A model generated the notes under the pieces. It was not told where the DNA came from, ran no database searches, and was given only the letters and a program-made list of their open reading frames with translations. Both the position numbers and the translations under genes were made by a program. Shown here one piece after another: positions 33,901 to 50,200 of a DNA stretch of 64,000 nt. Where the stretch lies: assembly GCF_009914755.1 (NCBI RefSeq), contig NC_060948.1; one strand, given 5' to 3'. This DNA comes from the human T2T-CHM13v2.0 reference genome, Homo sapiens. Position 1 is the first letter of the stretch. Every line of letters starts with the position of its first letter.

Positions 33901-35268
33901 ATGGAATGCAAAAAAATGGACTCCAAAATCATTGACTGGAAAGGCTGGGTGTCGAAAGGAATTGACTCCAATGGAATGGAATCGAATGGAACGGAAGTGA
34001 ATAGAATCGAACTAAATCGAATGGAATGGAATTGATAGGAACGGAATGGAAAGGAATGGAATGATTTGGCATGGAATGGAATCGAATGGACTCGAATGGA
34101 ATGGAATGGAATGCAATGCAATGGAATGTATTAGAATGTAGTGAACTTTAATGGAATGAACTCGAATGGATTCGACTGGAATGGAATGTTCTGGAAGTGA
34201 ATGGACTCCAATGGAATGGATTCAAAAGGAATGGAATCGAAGGGAATGGAATCTAATGGAATGGAATGAAATGGAAAGGAATCAAATCGAATAGCACGGA
34301 ATTGAACTGAATGGAATCGAATGCAATGGAATCTAATGAAACGGAAAGGAAAGGAATGGAATGGCATGGAATGGGCTGGAATGGAATGGAATCGAAACGA
34401 ATGGAAAGGAATCGAACTGAAGAGACTGGAATGGAATGCACTGGCATGGAAGGGAGTTTAATGGAAGGTTCTCGAAAAGACTGGAATCGAATGCAATGGA
34501 ATTGAATGGAACGGATATAGAGTCAAATGGAATTGAATGGAATGGAATGGAGTAGAGTGAAATGGAATCGAGTCACAAGGAATGGACAGGAATAGAACGG
34601 TCTCGAATTGAATGGAATCGTATGGAATGGAATTCAACGGAATGGAATGGACAGCCACGGAATGGAATGCACTCGAATGCAATGGACTCGAAACTAATGG
34701 ACTGGAATCGAATGGACTCGACTGGTACGGACTCCAATGGAATGGAATCGAATGGAATGGAATCGAACGGAATGGACTCGAAGTGAAAAGAGTGCAATGG
34801 AAAGGTCTCGAATGGAATGGAAATTAATGCAATGGAATGGAATCGAATGAAATGGAGTCAAAAGGAATGGAATCGAATGGCAAGAAATCGAATGTAATGG
34901 AATCACAAGGAATGGATGTGAACGGAACGGAATGGAATGGAATCAAAAGGAATGGAATCGAATGGAATGGACTCGAATGGAAATGACTCGAATAGAATGG
35001 AATTCAACAAAATAGAATCAAATGAAATGGAATGGAATGGAAAGGAATCGAAACGAAAGGAATGGAGACAGATGGAATGGAATGGAACAGAGAACAATGG
35101 TATATAATGGAATGGAATCATATGGAATGGAATTGAATGGAATGGAATAATATAAAATGGAATGGAAAGGAATGGAATGCACTTGAATTAAATGGACTGG
35201 AATGGAATGGACTCGAACGGAGTGGAATGGAAAGGATTGAAATAGAATGGAATGGACTCCTTTGGAAT

Positions 35269-38200
35269 GGTCTAGTATGCAATGCAAACGACTGGCAGGG
35301 AATCAAAAGGAATGTAATCGAATGGATTGGCCTGGAATCAATGGACTCGAATACATTGGAAACGGAATGCAATGGAATGGAATGGAATAGTATGGAATGG
35401 AACGGAAAGGAATGAAGTAAAATGGACTAGAGTGGAATGTAATGGACTCGAAAGCAATGGACTGGAATGGAACGATCTTGAATGGACCGGAATCAAACGG
35501 AAAGGAATGCAATGCAAGGCAATCAAATGGAATGGAATAAAAGAGAATGAAAGAGAATCAAATGCAATTGAATCGAATGGAATCGAATGGATTGGAAAGG
35601 AATAGAATGGAATGGAATGGAATTGACTCAAATGGAATGGACTAGAACGGGATGGAGTCGAATGGAAGGCAAAGGAATGGAATCTATTGGAATGGACTGT
35701 AATGGAATGGCATGGAAGGAATTGGAATGGACTCGAATGGAAAGGACTGCAATAGAAAGGATTCGAATGGAATGAAAAAGAATTGAATGGAATAGAACAG
35801 AATGGAATCAAATCGAATGAAATGGAATGGAATAGAAAGGAATGGAATGAAACGGAATGGAAAGGATTCAAATGGAATGCAATCGAATGGAATGCAATCG
35901 AATGGAATGGAATCGAACGGAATGGAATAAAATGGAAGGAAACTGGCAAGAAATGGAATCGAAATGAATGGAGTGTTATGGAACGGACTCCAAAGGAATT
36001 GAATGTAATAGAATGGAGTGGAGTGGACGCGAACATAATGGACTGGAATGGAATGGAATCACATGGAATGGGAACGAATGGAATGGAATGGAAAGGAATG
36101 GAATCGAATGGATAGGAATCAAATGGAAGGGAATGAAATTGAATCAACAGGAATGGAAGGGAATAGAATAGACTGTAATGGAATGGACTCGAATAGAATG
36201 GACACGAATGCTCAAATTGGATGGACTCGAATGGAATGGAAACGAAAGGAATGTCATCGAATGGAATTGAATCGATTGGAATGAAATGGCATAGAATGGA
36301 TTGGAATGAAATGGAATTGAATCGAAAGGAAAGGAAGCGAATGGACTGAAATGAAATGGAATGGAATTAAATGGAAAGTAATGCAATGGAATAGAATGGA
36401 ACGAAATTTCACGGAATGGAATCAAACAGAATGGAATCAAATCAATGGAATATAATCAAATGGAATGGAATGGAATGGAAAGGAATTGAATGGAATAGAT
36501 TGGATAGGAAGGGATTGGAATGCAATGGAATGGAAAGGACTCGAATTTCATGAAACGGAATGGAATGAATTGGAATGGAATGGACTCGAATGGAATGGAA
36601 TGTCATGGAATGGCATCAAATGGAATGGAATCAAATGGAATGGCATCGAATGCAATGGAATGTTATGGAATGGAATGGAATGTATTGGAATGGAATGTCC
36701 TCTAATGGAATGGATTCGAGTGGAATGGAATCAAATATAATGGAGTCGAATGAAATGGAATTGAAAGGAATGGGATCGAATAGAATGGAATATACTGGAA
36801 TGTAATGTAATGAAGTCGAATGTAATTGACTGGAATGGAATGTACATGAATGGAATGTAATCGAATAGAAAGTAATCCAATGAAATAGAATCTAATGCAA
36901 TAAAACCGACTCAAATGGAATAGAATGTAATGGAATGGAGTGCAGTGCAATGGAATGGAATGGAATGGAATGCAATGGAGTGGAATGGAATGGAATGGGA
37001 TGGAATGGTATGGAATGGATAGTAAAGGACTGGAGTGAAATGGACTGTAAAGGAATGGACTCCAATTGAAAGGGCTCGAAAGGAATGGAGTCAAATGGAA
37101 TGGTCTGGAATGGAATGAACTCGAATGTAATGCAATCCAATAGAATGGAATCGAATGGAATGGAATATAAAGAAATGGAATCGACGAGAATGGAAACAGA
37201 TGGAATGGAATTGAAAGGAATGGAATTGAATGGAATGGGCACGAATGGAATGAAATTGTATGGAATAGAAGAGAATAGAATGGAATGCAATGGATAAGAA
37301 AGGAATGGATTGGAATGGAAGGGAATGTAGTGTAATGGACTGGCATGGAATAAACTGGAATGCTACGGTCTCAAATGGAATAAAAATGTATGGAATGGAA
37401 TGCCATGAAACGGAATCGAATGTCATAGAATGTAATGGAATGCAAAAAAATGGACTCCAAAATCATTGACTGGAAAGGCTGGGTGTCGAAAGGAATTGAC
37501 TCCAATGGAATGGAATCGAACGGAATGGAAGTGAATAGAATCGAACTAAATCGAATGGAATGGAATTGATAGGAACGGAATGGAAAGGAATGGAATGATT
37601 TGGCATGGAATGGAATCGAATGGACTCGAATGGAATGGAATGGAATGCAATGCAATGGAATGTATTAGAATGTAGTGAACTTTAATGGAATGAACTCGAA
37701 TGGATTCGACTGGAATGGAATGTTCTGGAAGTGAATGGACTCCAATGGAATGGATTCAAAAGGAATGGAATCGAAGGGAATGGAATCTAATGGAATGGAA
37801 TGAAATGGAAAGGAATCCAATCGAATAGCACGGAATTGAATTGAATGGAATCGAATGCAATGGAATCTAATGAAACGGAAAGGAAAGGAACGGAATGGCA
37901 TGGAATGGGCTGGAATGGAATGGAATCGAAACGAATGGAATGGAATCGAACTGAAGAGACTGGAATGGAATGCACTGGCATGGAAGGGAGTTTAATGGAA
38001 GGTTCTCGAAAAGACTGGGATCGAATGGAATGGAATTGAATGGAACGGATATAGAGTCAAATGGAATTTAATGGAATGGAATGGAGTAGAGTGAAATGGA
38101 ATCGAGTCACAAGGAATGGACAGGAATAGAACGGTCTCGAATTGAATGGAATCGTATGGAATGGAATTCAACGGAATGGAATGGACAGCCACGGAATGGA

Positions 38201-41200
38201 ATGCACTAGAATGCAATGGACTCGAAACTAATGGACTGGAATCGAATGGACTCGACTGGTACGGACTCCAATGGAATGGAATCGAATGGAATGGAATCGA
38301 ACGGAATGGACTCGAAGTGAAAAGAGTGCAATGGAAAGGTCTCGAATGGAATGGAAATTAATGGAATGGAATGGAATCGAATGAAATGGAGTCAAAAGGA
38401 ATGGAATCGAATGGCAAGAAATCGAATGTAATGGAATCACAAGGAATGGATGTGAACGGAACGGAATGGAATGGAATCAAAAGGAATGGAATCGAATGGA
38501 ATGGACTCGAATGGAAATGACTCGAATAGAATGGAATTCAACAAAATAGAATCAAATGAAATGGAATGGAATGGAAAGGAATCGAAACGAAAGGAATGGA
38601 GACAGATGGAATGGAATGGAACAGAGAGCAATGGTATAGAATGGAATGGAATCATATGGAATGGAATTGAATGGAATGGAATAATATGAAATGGAATGGA
38701 AAGGAATGGAATGCACTTGAATTAAATGGACTGGAATGGAATGGACTCGAACGGAGTGGAATGGAAAGGATTGAAATAGAATGGAATGGACTCCTTTGGA
38801 ATGGTCTAGTATGCAATGCAAACGACTGGCAGGGAATCAAAAGGAATGTAATCGAATGGATTGGACTGGAATCAATGGACTCGAATACATTGGAAACGGA
38901 ATGCAATGGAATGGAATGGAATAGTATGGAATGGAACGGAAAGGAATGAAGTAGAATGGACTAGAGTGGAATGGAATGGACTCGAAAGCAATGGACTGGA
39001 ATGGAACGATCTTGAATGGACCGGAATCAAACGGAAAGGAATGCAATGCAAGGCAATGAAATGGAATGGAATAAAAGAGAATGAAAGAGAATCAAATGCA
39101 ATTGAATCGAATGGAATCGAATGGATTGGAAAGGAATAGAATGGAATGGAATGGAATTGACTCAAATGGAATGGACTAGAATGGAATGGAGTCGAATGGA
39201 AGGCAAAGGAATGGAATCTATTGGAATGGAATGTAATGGAATGGCATGGAAGGGATTGGAATGGACTCGAATGGAAAGGACTGCAATAGAAAGGATTCGA
39301 ATGGAATGAAAAAGAATTGAATGGAATAGAACAGAATGGAATCAAATCGAATGAAATGGTATGGAATAGAAAGGAATGGAATGAAACGGAAAGGAAAGGA
39401 TTCAAATGGAATGCAATCAAATGGAATGCAATCGAATGGAATGGAATCGAACGGAATGGAATAAAATGGAAGGAAACTGGCAAGAAATGGAATCGAAATG
39501 AATGGAGTGTTATGGAACGGACTCCAAAGGAATTGAATGTAATAGAATGGAGTGGAGTGGACTCGAATATAATGGACTGGATTGGAATGGAATCACATGG
39601 AATGGGAACGAATGGAATGGAATGGAAAGGAATGGAATCGAATGGATAGGAATCAAATGGAAGGGAATGAAATTGAATCAACCGGAATGGAAGGGAATAG
39701 AATAGACTGTAATGGAATGGACTCGAATAGTATGGACACGAATGCTCAAATTGGATGGACTCGAATGGAATGGAAACGAAAGGAATGTCATCGAATGGAA
39801 TTGAATCGATTGGAATGAAATGGCATAGAATGGATTGGAATGAAATGGAATTGAATCGAAAGGAAAGGAAGCGAATGGACTGAAATGAAATGGAATGGAA
39901 TTGAATGGAAAGTAATGCAATGGAATAGAATGGAACGAAATTTCACGGAATGGAATCAAACAGAATGGAATCAAATCAATGGAATATAATCAAATGGAAT
40001 GGAATGGAATGGAAAGGAATTGAATGGAATAGATTGGATAGGAAGGGATTGGAATGCAATGGAATGGAAAGGACTCGAATTTCATGAAACGGAATGGAAT
40101 GAATTGGAATGGAATGGACTCGAATGGAATGGAATGTCATGGAATGGCATCAAATGGAATGGAATCAAATGGAATGGCATCGAATGCAATGGAATGTTAT
40201 GGAATGGAATGGAATGTATTGGAATGGAATGTCCTCTAATGGAATGGATTCGAGTGGAATGGAATCAAATATAATGGAGTCGAATGAAATGGAATTGAAA
40301 GGAATGGGATCGAATAGAATGGAATATACTGGAATGTAATGTAATGAAGTCGAATGTAATTGACTGGAATGGAATGTACATGAATGGAATGTAATCGAAT
40401 AGAAAGTAATCCAATGAAATAGAATCTAATGCAATAAAACCGACTCAAATGGAATAGAATGTAATGGAATGGAGTGCAGTGCAATGGAATGGAATGGAAT
40501 GGAATGCAATAGAGTGGAATGGAATGGAATGGGATGGAATGGTATGGAATGGATAGTAAAGGACTGGAGTGAAATGGACTGTAAAGGAATGGACTCCAAT
40601 TGAAAGGGCTCGAAAGGAATGGAGTCAAATGGAATGGTCTGGAATGGAATGAACTCGAATGTAATGCAATCCAATAGAATGGAATCGAATGGAATGGAAT
40701 ATAAAGAAATGGAATCGACGAGAATGGAAACAGATGGAATGGAATTGAAAGGAATGGAATTGAATGGAATGGGCACGAATGGAATGAAATTGTATGGAAT
40801 AGAAGAGAATAGAATGGAATGCAATGGATAAGAAAGGAATGGATTGGAATGGAAGGGAATGTAGTGTAATGGACTGGCATGGAATAAACTGGAATGCTAC
40901 GGTCTCAAATGGAATAAAAATGTATGGAATGGAATGCCATGAAACGGAATCGAATGTCATAGAATGTAATGGAATGCAAAAAAATGGACTCCAAAATCAT
41001 TGACTGGAAAGGCTGGGTGTCGAAAGGAATTGACTCCAATGGAATGGAATCGAACGGAATGGAAGTGAATAGAATCGAACTAAATCGAATGGAATGGAAT
41101 TGATAGGAACGGAATGGAAAGGAATGGAATGATTTGGCATGGAATGGAATCGAATGGACTCGAATGGAATGGAATGGAATGCAATGCAATGGAATGTATT

Positions 41201-44200
41201 AGAATGTAGTGAACTTTAATGGAATGAACTCGAATGGATTCGACTGGAATGGAATGTTCTGGAAGTGAATGGACTCCAATGGAATGGATTCAAAAGGAAT
41301 GGAATCGAAGGGAATGGAATCTAATGGAATGGAATTAAATGGAAAGGAATCAAATCGAATAGCACGGAATTGAATTGAATGGAATCGAATGCAATGGAAT
41401 CTAATGAAACGGAAAGGAAAGGAACGGAATGGCATGGAATGGGCTGGAATGGAATGGAATCGAAACGAATGGAATGGAATCGAACTGAAGAGACTGGAAT
41501 GGAATGCACTGGCATGGAAGGGAGTTTAATGGAAGGTTCTCGAAAAGACTGGAATCGAATGCAATGGAATTGAATGGAACGGATATAGAGTCAAATGGAA
41601 TTTAATGGAATGGAATGGAGTAGAGTGAAATGGAATCGAGTCACAAGGAATGGACAGGAATAGAACGGTCTCGAATTGAATGGAATCGTATGGAATGGAA
41701 TTCAACGGAATGGAATGGACAGCCACGGAATGGAATGCACTAGAATGCAATGGACTCGAAACTAATGGACTGGAATCGAATGGACTCGACTGGTACGGAC
41801 TCCAATGGAATGGAATCGAATGGAATGGAATCGAACGGAATGGACTCGAAGTGAAAAGAGTGCAATGGAAAGGTCTCGAATGGAATGGAAATTAATGGAA
41901 TGGAATGGAATCGAATGAAATGGAGTCAAAAGGAATGGAATCGAATGGCAAGAAATCGAATGTAATGGAATCACAAGGAATGGATGTGAACGGAACGGAA
42001 TGGAATGGAATCAAAAGGAATGGAATCGAATGGAATGGACTCGAATGGAAATGACTCGAATAGAATGGAATTCAACAAAATAGAATCAAATGAAATGGAA
42101 TGGAATGGAAAGGAATCGAAACGAAAGGAATGGAGACAGATGGAATGGAATGGAACAGAGAGCAATGGTATAGAATGGAATGGAATCATATGGAATGGAA
42201 TTGAATGGAATGGAATAATATGAAATGGAATGGAAAGGAATGGAATGCACTTGAATTAAATGGACTGGAATGGAATGGACTCGAACGGAGTGGAATGGAA
42301 AGGATTGAAATAGAATGGAATGGACTCCTTTGGAATGGTCTAGTATGCAATGCAAACGACTGGCAGGGAATCAAAAGGAATGTAATCGAATGGATTGGAC
42401 TGGAATCAATGGACTCGAATACATTGGAAACGGAATGCAATGGAATGGAATGGAATAGTATGGAATGGAACGGAAAGGAATGAAGTAGAATGGACTAGAG
42501 TGGAATGGAATGGACTCGAAAGCAATGGACTGGAATGGAACGATCTTGAATGGACCGGAATCAAACGGAAAGGAATGCAATGCAAGGCAATGAAATGGAA
42601 TGGAATAAAAGAGAATGAAAGAGAATCAAATGCAATTGAATCGAATGGAATCGAATGGATTGGAAAGGAATAGAATGGAATGGAATGGAATTGACTCAAA
42701 TGGAATGGACTAGAATGGAATGGAGTCGAATGGAAGGCAAAGGAATGGAATCTATTGGAATGGAATGTAATGGAATGGCATGGAAGGGATTGGAATGGAC
42801 TCGAATGGAAAGGACTGCAATAGAAAGGATTCGAATGGAATGAAAAAGAATTGAATGGAATAGAACAGAATGGAATCAAATCGAATGAAATGGTATGGAA
42901 TAGAAAGGAATGGAATGAAACGGAAAGGAAAGGATTCAAATGGAATGCAATCGAATGGAATGCAATCGAATGGAATGGAATCGAACGGAATGGAATAAAA
43001 TGGAAGGAAACTGGCAAGAAATGGAATCGAAATGAATGGAGTGTTATGGAACGGACTCCAAAGGAATTGAATGTAATAGAATGGAGTGGAGTGGACTCGA
43101 ATATAATGGACTGGATTGGAATGGAATCACATGGAATGGGAACGAATGGAATGGAATGGAAAGGAATGGAATCGAATGGATAGGAATCAAATGGAAGGGA
43201 ATGAAATTGAATCAACCGGAATGGAAGGGAATAGAATAGACTGTAATGGAATGGACTCGAATAGTATGGACACGAATGCTCAAATTGGATGGACTCGAAT
43301 GGAATGGAAACGAAAGGAATGTCATCGAATGGAATTGAATCGATTGGAATGAAATGGCATAGAATGGATTGGAATGAAATGGAATTGAATCGAAAGGAAA
43401 GGAAGCGAATGGACTGAAATGAAATGGAATGGAATTGAATGGAAAGTAATGCAATGGAATAGAATGGAACGAAATTTCACGGAATGGAATCAAACAGAAT
43501 GGAATCAAATCAATGGAATATAATCAAATGGAATGGAATGGAATGGAAAGGAATTGAATGGAATAGATTGGATAGGAAGGGATTGGAATGCAATGGAATG
43601 GAAAGGACTCGAATTTCATGAAACGGAATGGAATGAATTGGAATGGAATGGACTCGAATGGAATGGAATGTCATGGAATGGCATCAAATGGAATGGAATC
43701 AAATGGAATGGCATCGAATGCAATGGAATGTTATGGAATGGAATGGAATGTATTGGAATGGAATGTCCTCTAATGGAATGGATTCGAGTGGAATGGAATC
43801 GAATATAATGGAGTCGAATGAAATGGAATTGAAAGGAATGGGATGGAATAGAATGGAATATACTGGAATGTAATGTAATGAAGTCGAATGTAATTGACTG
43901 GAATGGAATGTACATGAATGGAATGTAATCGAATAGAAAGTAATCCAATGAAATAGAATCTAATGCAATAAAACCGACTCAAATGGAATAGAATGTAATG
44001 GAATGGAGTGCAGTGCAATGGAATGGAATGGAATGGAATGCAATGGAGTGGAATGGAATGGAATGGGATGGAATGGTATGGAATGGATAGTAAAGGACTG
44101 GAGTGAAATGGACTGTAAAGGAAAGGACTCCAATTGAAAGGGCTCGAAAGGAATGGAGTCAAATGGAATGGTCTGGAATGGAATGAACTCGAATGTAATG

Positions 44201-47200
44201 CAATCCAATAGAATGGAATCGAATGGAATGGAATATAAAGAAATGGAATCGACGAGAATGGAAACAGATGGAATGGAATTGAAAGGAATGGAATTGAATG
44301 GAATGGGCACGAATGGAATGAAATTGTATGGAATAGAAGAGAATAGAATGGAATGCAATGGATAAGAAAGGAATGGATTGGAATGGAAGGGAATGTAGTG
44401 TAATGGACTGGCATGGAATAAACTGGAATGCTACGGTCTCAAATGGAATAAAAATGTATGGAATGGAATGCCATGAAACGGAATCGAATGTCATAGAATG
44501 TAATGGAATGCAAAAAAATGGACTCCAAAATCATTGACTGGAAAGGCTGGGTGTCGAAAGGAATTGACTCCAATGGAATGGAATCGAATGGAATGGAAGT
44601 GAATAGAATCGAACTAAATCGAATGGAATGGAATTGATAGGAACGGAATGGAAAGGAATGGAATGATTTGGCATGGAATGGAATCGAATGGACTCGAATG
44701 GAATGGAATGGAATGCAATGCAATGGAATGTATTAGAATGTAGTGAACTTTAATGGAATGAACTCGAATGGATTCGACTGGAATGGAATGTTCTGGAAGT
44801 GAATGAACTCCAATGGAATGGATTCCAAAGGAATGGAATCGAAGGGAATGGAATCTAATGGAATGGAATGAAATGGAAAGGAATCAAATCGAATAGCACG
44901 GAATTGAACTGAATGGAATCGAATGCAATGGAATCTAATGAAACGGAAAGGAAAGGAATGGAATGGCATGGAATGGGCTGGAATGGAATGGAATCGAAAC
45001 GAATGGAATGGAATCGAACTGAAGAGACTGGAATGGAATGCACTGGCATGGAAGGGAGTTTAATGGAAGGTTCTCGAAAAGACTGGAATCGAATGGAATG
45101 GAATTGAATGGAACGGATATAGAGTCAAATGGAATTGAATGGAATGGAATGGAGTAGAGTGAAATGGAATCGAGTCACAAGGAATGGACAGGAATAGAAC
45201 GGTCTCGAATTGAATGGAATCGTATGGAATGGAATTCAACGGAATGGAATGGACAGCCACGGAATGGAATGCACTCGAATGCAATGGACTCGAAACTAAT
45301 GGACTGGAATCGAATGGACTCGACTGGTACGGACTCCAATGGAATGGAATCGAATGGAATGGAATCGAACGGAATGAACTCGAAGTGAAAAGAGTGCAAT
45401 GGAAAGGTCTCGAATGGAATGGAAATTAATGGAATGGAATGGAATCGAATGAAATGGAGTCAAAAGGAATGGAATCGAATGGCAAGAAATCGAATGTAAT
45501 GGAATCACAAGGAATGGATGTGAACGGAACGGAATGGAATGGAATCAAAAGGAATGGAATCGAATGGAATGGACTCGAATGGAAATGACTCGAATAGAAT
45601 GGAATTCAACAAAATAGAATCAAATGTAATGGAATGGAATGGAAAGGAATCGAAACGAAAGGAATGGAGACAGATGGAATGGAATGGAACAGAGAGCAAT
45701 GGTATAGAATGGAATGGAATCATATGGAATGGAATTGAATGGAATGGAATAATATGAAATGGAATGGAAAGGAATGGAATGCACTTGAATTAAATGGACT
45801 GGAATGGAATGGACTCGAACGGAGTGGAATGGAAAGGATTGAAATAGAATGGAATGGACTCCTTTGGAATGGTCTAGTATTCAATGCAAACGACTGGCAG
45901 GGAATCAAAAGGAATGTAATCGAATGGATTGGACTGGAATACAATGGACTCGAATACGTTGGAAACGGAATGCAATGGAATGGAATGGAATAGTATGCAA
46001 TGGAACGGAAAGGAATGAAGTAGAATGGACTAGAGTGGAATGGAATGGACTCGAAAGCAATGGACTGGAATGGAACGATCTTGAATGGACCGGAATCAAA
46101 CGGAACGGAATGCAATGCAAGGCAATCAAATGGAATGGAATAAAAGAGAATGAAAGAGAATCAAATGCAATTGAATCGAATGGAATCGAATGGATTGGAA
46201 AGGAATAGAATGGAATGGAATGGAATTGACTCAAATGGAATGGACTAGATCGGAATGGAGTCGAATGGAAGGCAAAGGAATGGAATCTATTGGAATGGAC
46301 TGTAATGGAATGGCATGGAAGGGATTGGAATGGACTCGAATGGAAAGGACTGCAATAGAAAGGATTCGAATGGAATGAAAAAGAATTGAATGGAATAGAA
46401 CAGAATGGAATCAAATCGAATGAAATGGAATGGAATAGAAAGGAATGGAATGAAACGGAATGGAAAGGATTCAAATGGAATGCAATCGAATGGAATGCAA
46501 TAGAATGGAATGGAATCGAACGGAATGGAATAAAATGGAAGGAAACTGGCAAGAAATGGAATCGAAATGAATGGAGTGTTATGGAACGGACTCCAAAGGA
46601 ATTGAATGTAATAGAATGGAGTGGAGTGGACTCGAATATAATGGACTGGAATGGAATGGAATCACATGGAATGGGAACGAATGGAATGGAATGGAAAGGA
46701 ATGGAATCGAATGGAAAGGAATCAAATGGAAGGGAATGAAATTGAATCAACAGGAATGGAAGGGAATAGAATAGACTGTAATGGAATGGACTCGAATAGA
46801 ATGGACACGAATGCTCAAATTGGATGGACTCGAATGGAATGGAAACGAAAGGAATGTCATCGAATGGAATTGAATCGATTGGAATGAAATGGCATAGAAT
46901 GGAGTGGAATGAAATGGAATTGAATCGAAAGGAAAGGAAGCGAATGGACTGAAATGAAATGGAATGGAATTGAATGGAAAGTAATGCAATGGAATAGAAT
47001 GGAACGAAATTTCACGGAATGGAATCAAACAGAATGGAATCAAATCAATGGAATATAATCAAATGGAATGGAATGGAATGGAAAGGAATTGAATGGAATA
47101 GATTGGATAGGAAGGGATTGGAATGCAATGGAATGGAAAGGACTCGAATTTCATGAAACGGAATGGAATGAATTGGAATGGAATGGACTCGAATGGAATG

Positions 47201-50200
47201 GAATGTCATGGAATGGCATCAAATGGAATGGAATCAAATGGAATGGCATCGAATGCAATGGAATGTTATGGAATGGAATGGAATGTATTGGAATGGAATG
47301 TCCTCTAATGGAATGGATTCGAGTGGAATGGAATCGAATATAATGGAGTCGAATGAAATGGAATTGAAAGGAATGGGATCGAATAGAATGGAATATACTG
47401 GAATGTAATGTAATGAAGTCGAATGTAATTGACTGGAATGGAATGTACATGAAAGGAATGTAATCGAATGGAAAGTAATCCAATGAAATAGAATCTAATG
47501 CAATAAAACCGACTCAAATGGAATAGAATGTAATGGAATGGAGTGCAGTGCAATGGAATGGAATGGAATGGAATGCAATGGAGTGGAATGGAATGGAATG
47601 GGATGGAATGGTATGGAATGGATTGTAAAGGACTGGAGTGAAATGGACTGTAAAGGAATGGACTCCAATTGAAAGGGCTCGAAAGGAATGGAGTAAAATG
47701 GAATGGTCTGGAATGGAATGAACTCGAATGTAATGCAATCCAATAGAATGGAATCGAATGGAATGGAATATAAAGAAATGGAATCGACGAGAATGGAAAC
47801 AGATGGAATGGAATTGAAAGGAATGGAATTGAATGGAATGGGCATGAATGGAATGAAATTGTATGGAATAGAAGAGAATAGAATGGAATGCAATGGATAA
47901 GAAAGGAATGGATTGGAATGGAAGGGAATGTAGTGTAATGGACTGGCATGGAATAAACTGCAATGCTACGGACTCAAATGGAATAAAAATGTATGGAATG
48001 GAATGCCATGAAACGGAATCGAATGTCATAGAATGTAATGGAATGCAAAAAAATGGACTCCAAAATCATTGACTGGAAAGGCTGGGTGTCGAAAGGAATT
48101 GACTCCAATGGAATGGAATCGAATGGAACGGAAGTGAATAGAATCGAACTAAATCGAATGGAATGGAATTGATAGGAACGGAATGGAAAGGAATGGAATG
48201 ATTTGGCATGGAATGGAATCGAATGGACTCGAATGGAATGGAATGGAATGCAATGCAATGGAATGTATTAGAATGTAGTGAACTTTAATGGAATGAACTC
48301 GAATGGATTCGACTGGAATGGAATGTTCTGGAAGTGAATGGACTCCAATGGAATGGATTCAAAAGGAATGGAATCGAAGGGAATGGAATCTAATGGAATG
48401 GAATTAAATGGAAAGGAATCAAATCCAATAGCACGGAATTGAACTGAATGGAATCGAATGCAATGGAATCTAATGAAACGGAAAGGAAAGGAACGGAATG
48501 GCATGGAATGGGCTGGAATGGAATGGAATCGAAACGAATGGAAAGGAATCGAACTGAAGAGACTGGAATGGAATGCACTGGCATGGAAGGGAGTTTAATG
48601 GAAGGTTCTCGAAAAGACTGGAATCGAATGCAATGGAATTGAATGGAACGGATATAGAGTCAAATGGAATTGAATGGAATGGAATGGAGTAGAGTGAAAT
48701 GGAATCGAGTCACAAGGAATGGACAGGAATAGAACGGTCTCGAATTGAATGGAATCGTATGGAATGGAATTCAACGGAATGGAATGGACAGCCACGGAAT
48801 GGAATGCACTCGAATGCAATGGACTCGAAACTAATGGACTGGAATCGAATGGACTCGACTGGTACGGACTCCAATGGAATGGAATCGAATGGAATGGAAT
48901 CGAACGGAATGGACTCGAAGTGAAAAGAGTGCAATGGAAAGGTCTCGAATGGAATGGAAATTAATGGAATGGAATGGAATCGAATGAAATGGAGTCAAAA
49001 GGAATGGAATCGAATGGCAAGAAATCGAATGTAATGGAATCACAAGGAATGGATGTGAACGGAACGGAATGGAATGGAATCAAAAGGAATGGAATCGAAT
49101 GGAATGGACTCGAATGGAAATGACTCGAATAGAATGGAATTCAACAAAATAGAATCAAATGTAATGGAATGGAATGGAAAGGAATCGAAACGAAAGGAAT
49201 GGAGACAGATGGAATGGAATGGAACAGAGAACAATGGTATATAATGGAATGGAATCATATGGAATGGAATTGAATGGAATGGAATAATATAAAATGGAAT
49301 GGAAAGGAATGGAATGCACTTGAATTAAATGGACTGGAATGGAATGGACTCGAACGGAGTGGAATGGAAAGGATTGAAATAGAATGGAATGGACTCCTTT
49401 GGAATGGTCTAGTATGCAATGCAAACGACTGGCAGGGAATCAAAAGGAATGTAATCGAATGGATTGGCCTGGAATCAATGGACTCGAATACATTGGAAAC
49501 GGAATGCAATGGAATGGAATGGAATAGTATGGAATGGAACGGAAAGGAATGAAGTAAAATGGACTAGAGTGGAATGGAATGGACTCGAAAGCAATGGACT
49601 GGAATGGAACGATCTTGAATGGACCGGAATCAAACGGAAAGGAATGCAATGCAAGGCAATGAAATGGAATGGAATAAAAGAGAATGAAAGAGAATCAAAT
49701 GCAATTGAATCGAATGGAATCGAATGGATTGGAAAGGAATAGAATGGAATGGAATGGAATTGACTCAAATGGAATGGACTAGAACGGAATGGAGTCGAAT
49801 GGAAGGCAAAGGAATGGAATCTATTGGAATGGACTGTAATGGAATGGCATGGAAGGGATTGGAATGGACTCGAATGGAAAGGACTGCAATAGAAAGGATT
49901 CGAATGGAATGAAAAAGAATTGAATGGAATAGAACAGAATGGAATCAAATCGAATGAAATGGAATGGAATAGAAAGGAATGGAATGAAACGGAATGGAAA
50001 GGATACAAATGGAATGCAATCGAATGGATTGCAATCGAATGGAATGGAATCGAACGGAATGGAATAAAATGGAAGGAAACTGGCAAGAAATGGAATCGAA
50101 ATGAATGGAGTGTTATGGAACGGACTCCAAAGGAATTGAATGTAATAGAATGGAGTGGAGTGGACGCGAACATAATGGACTGGAATGGAATGGAATCACA

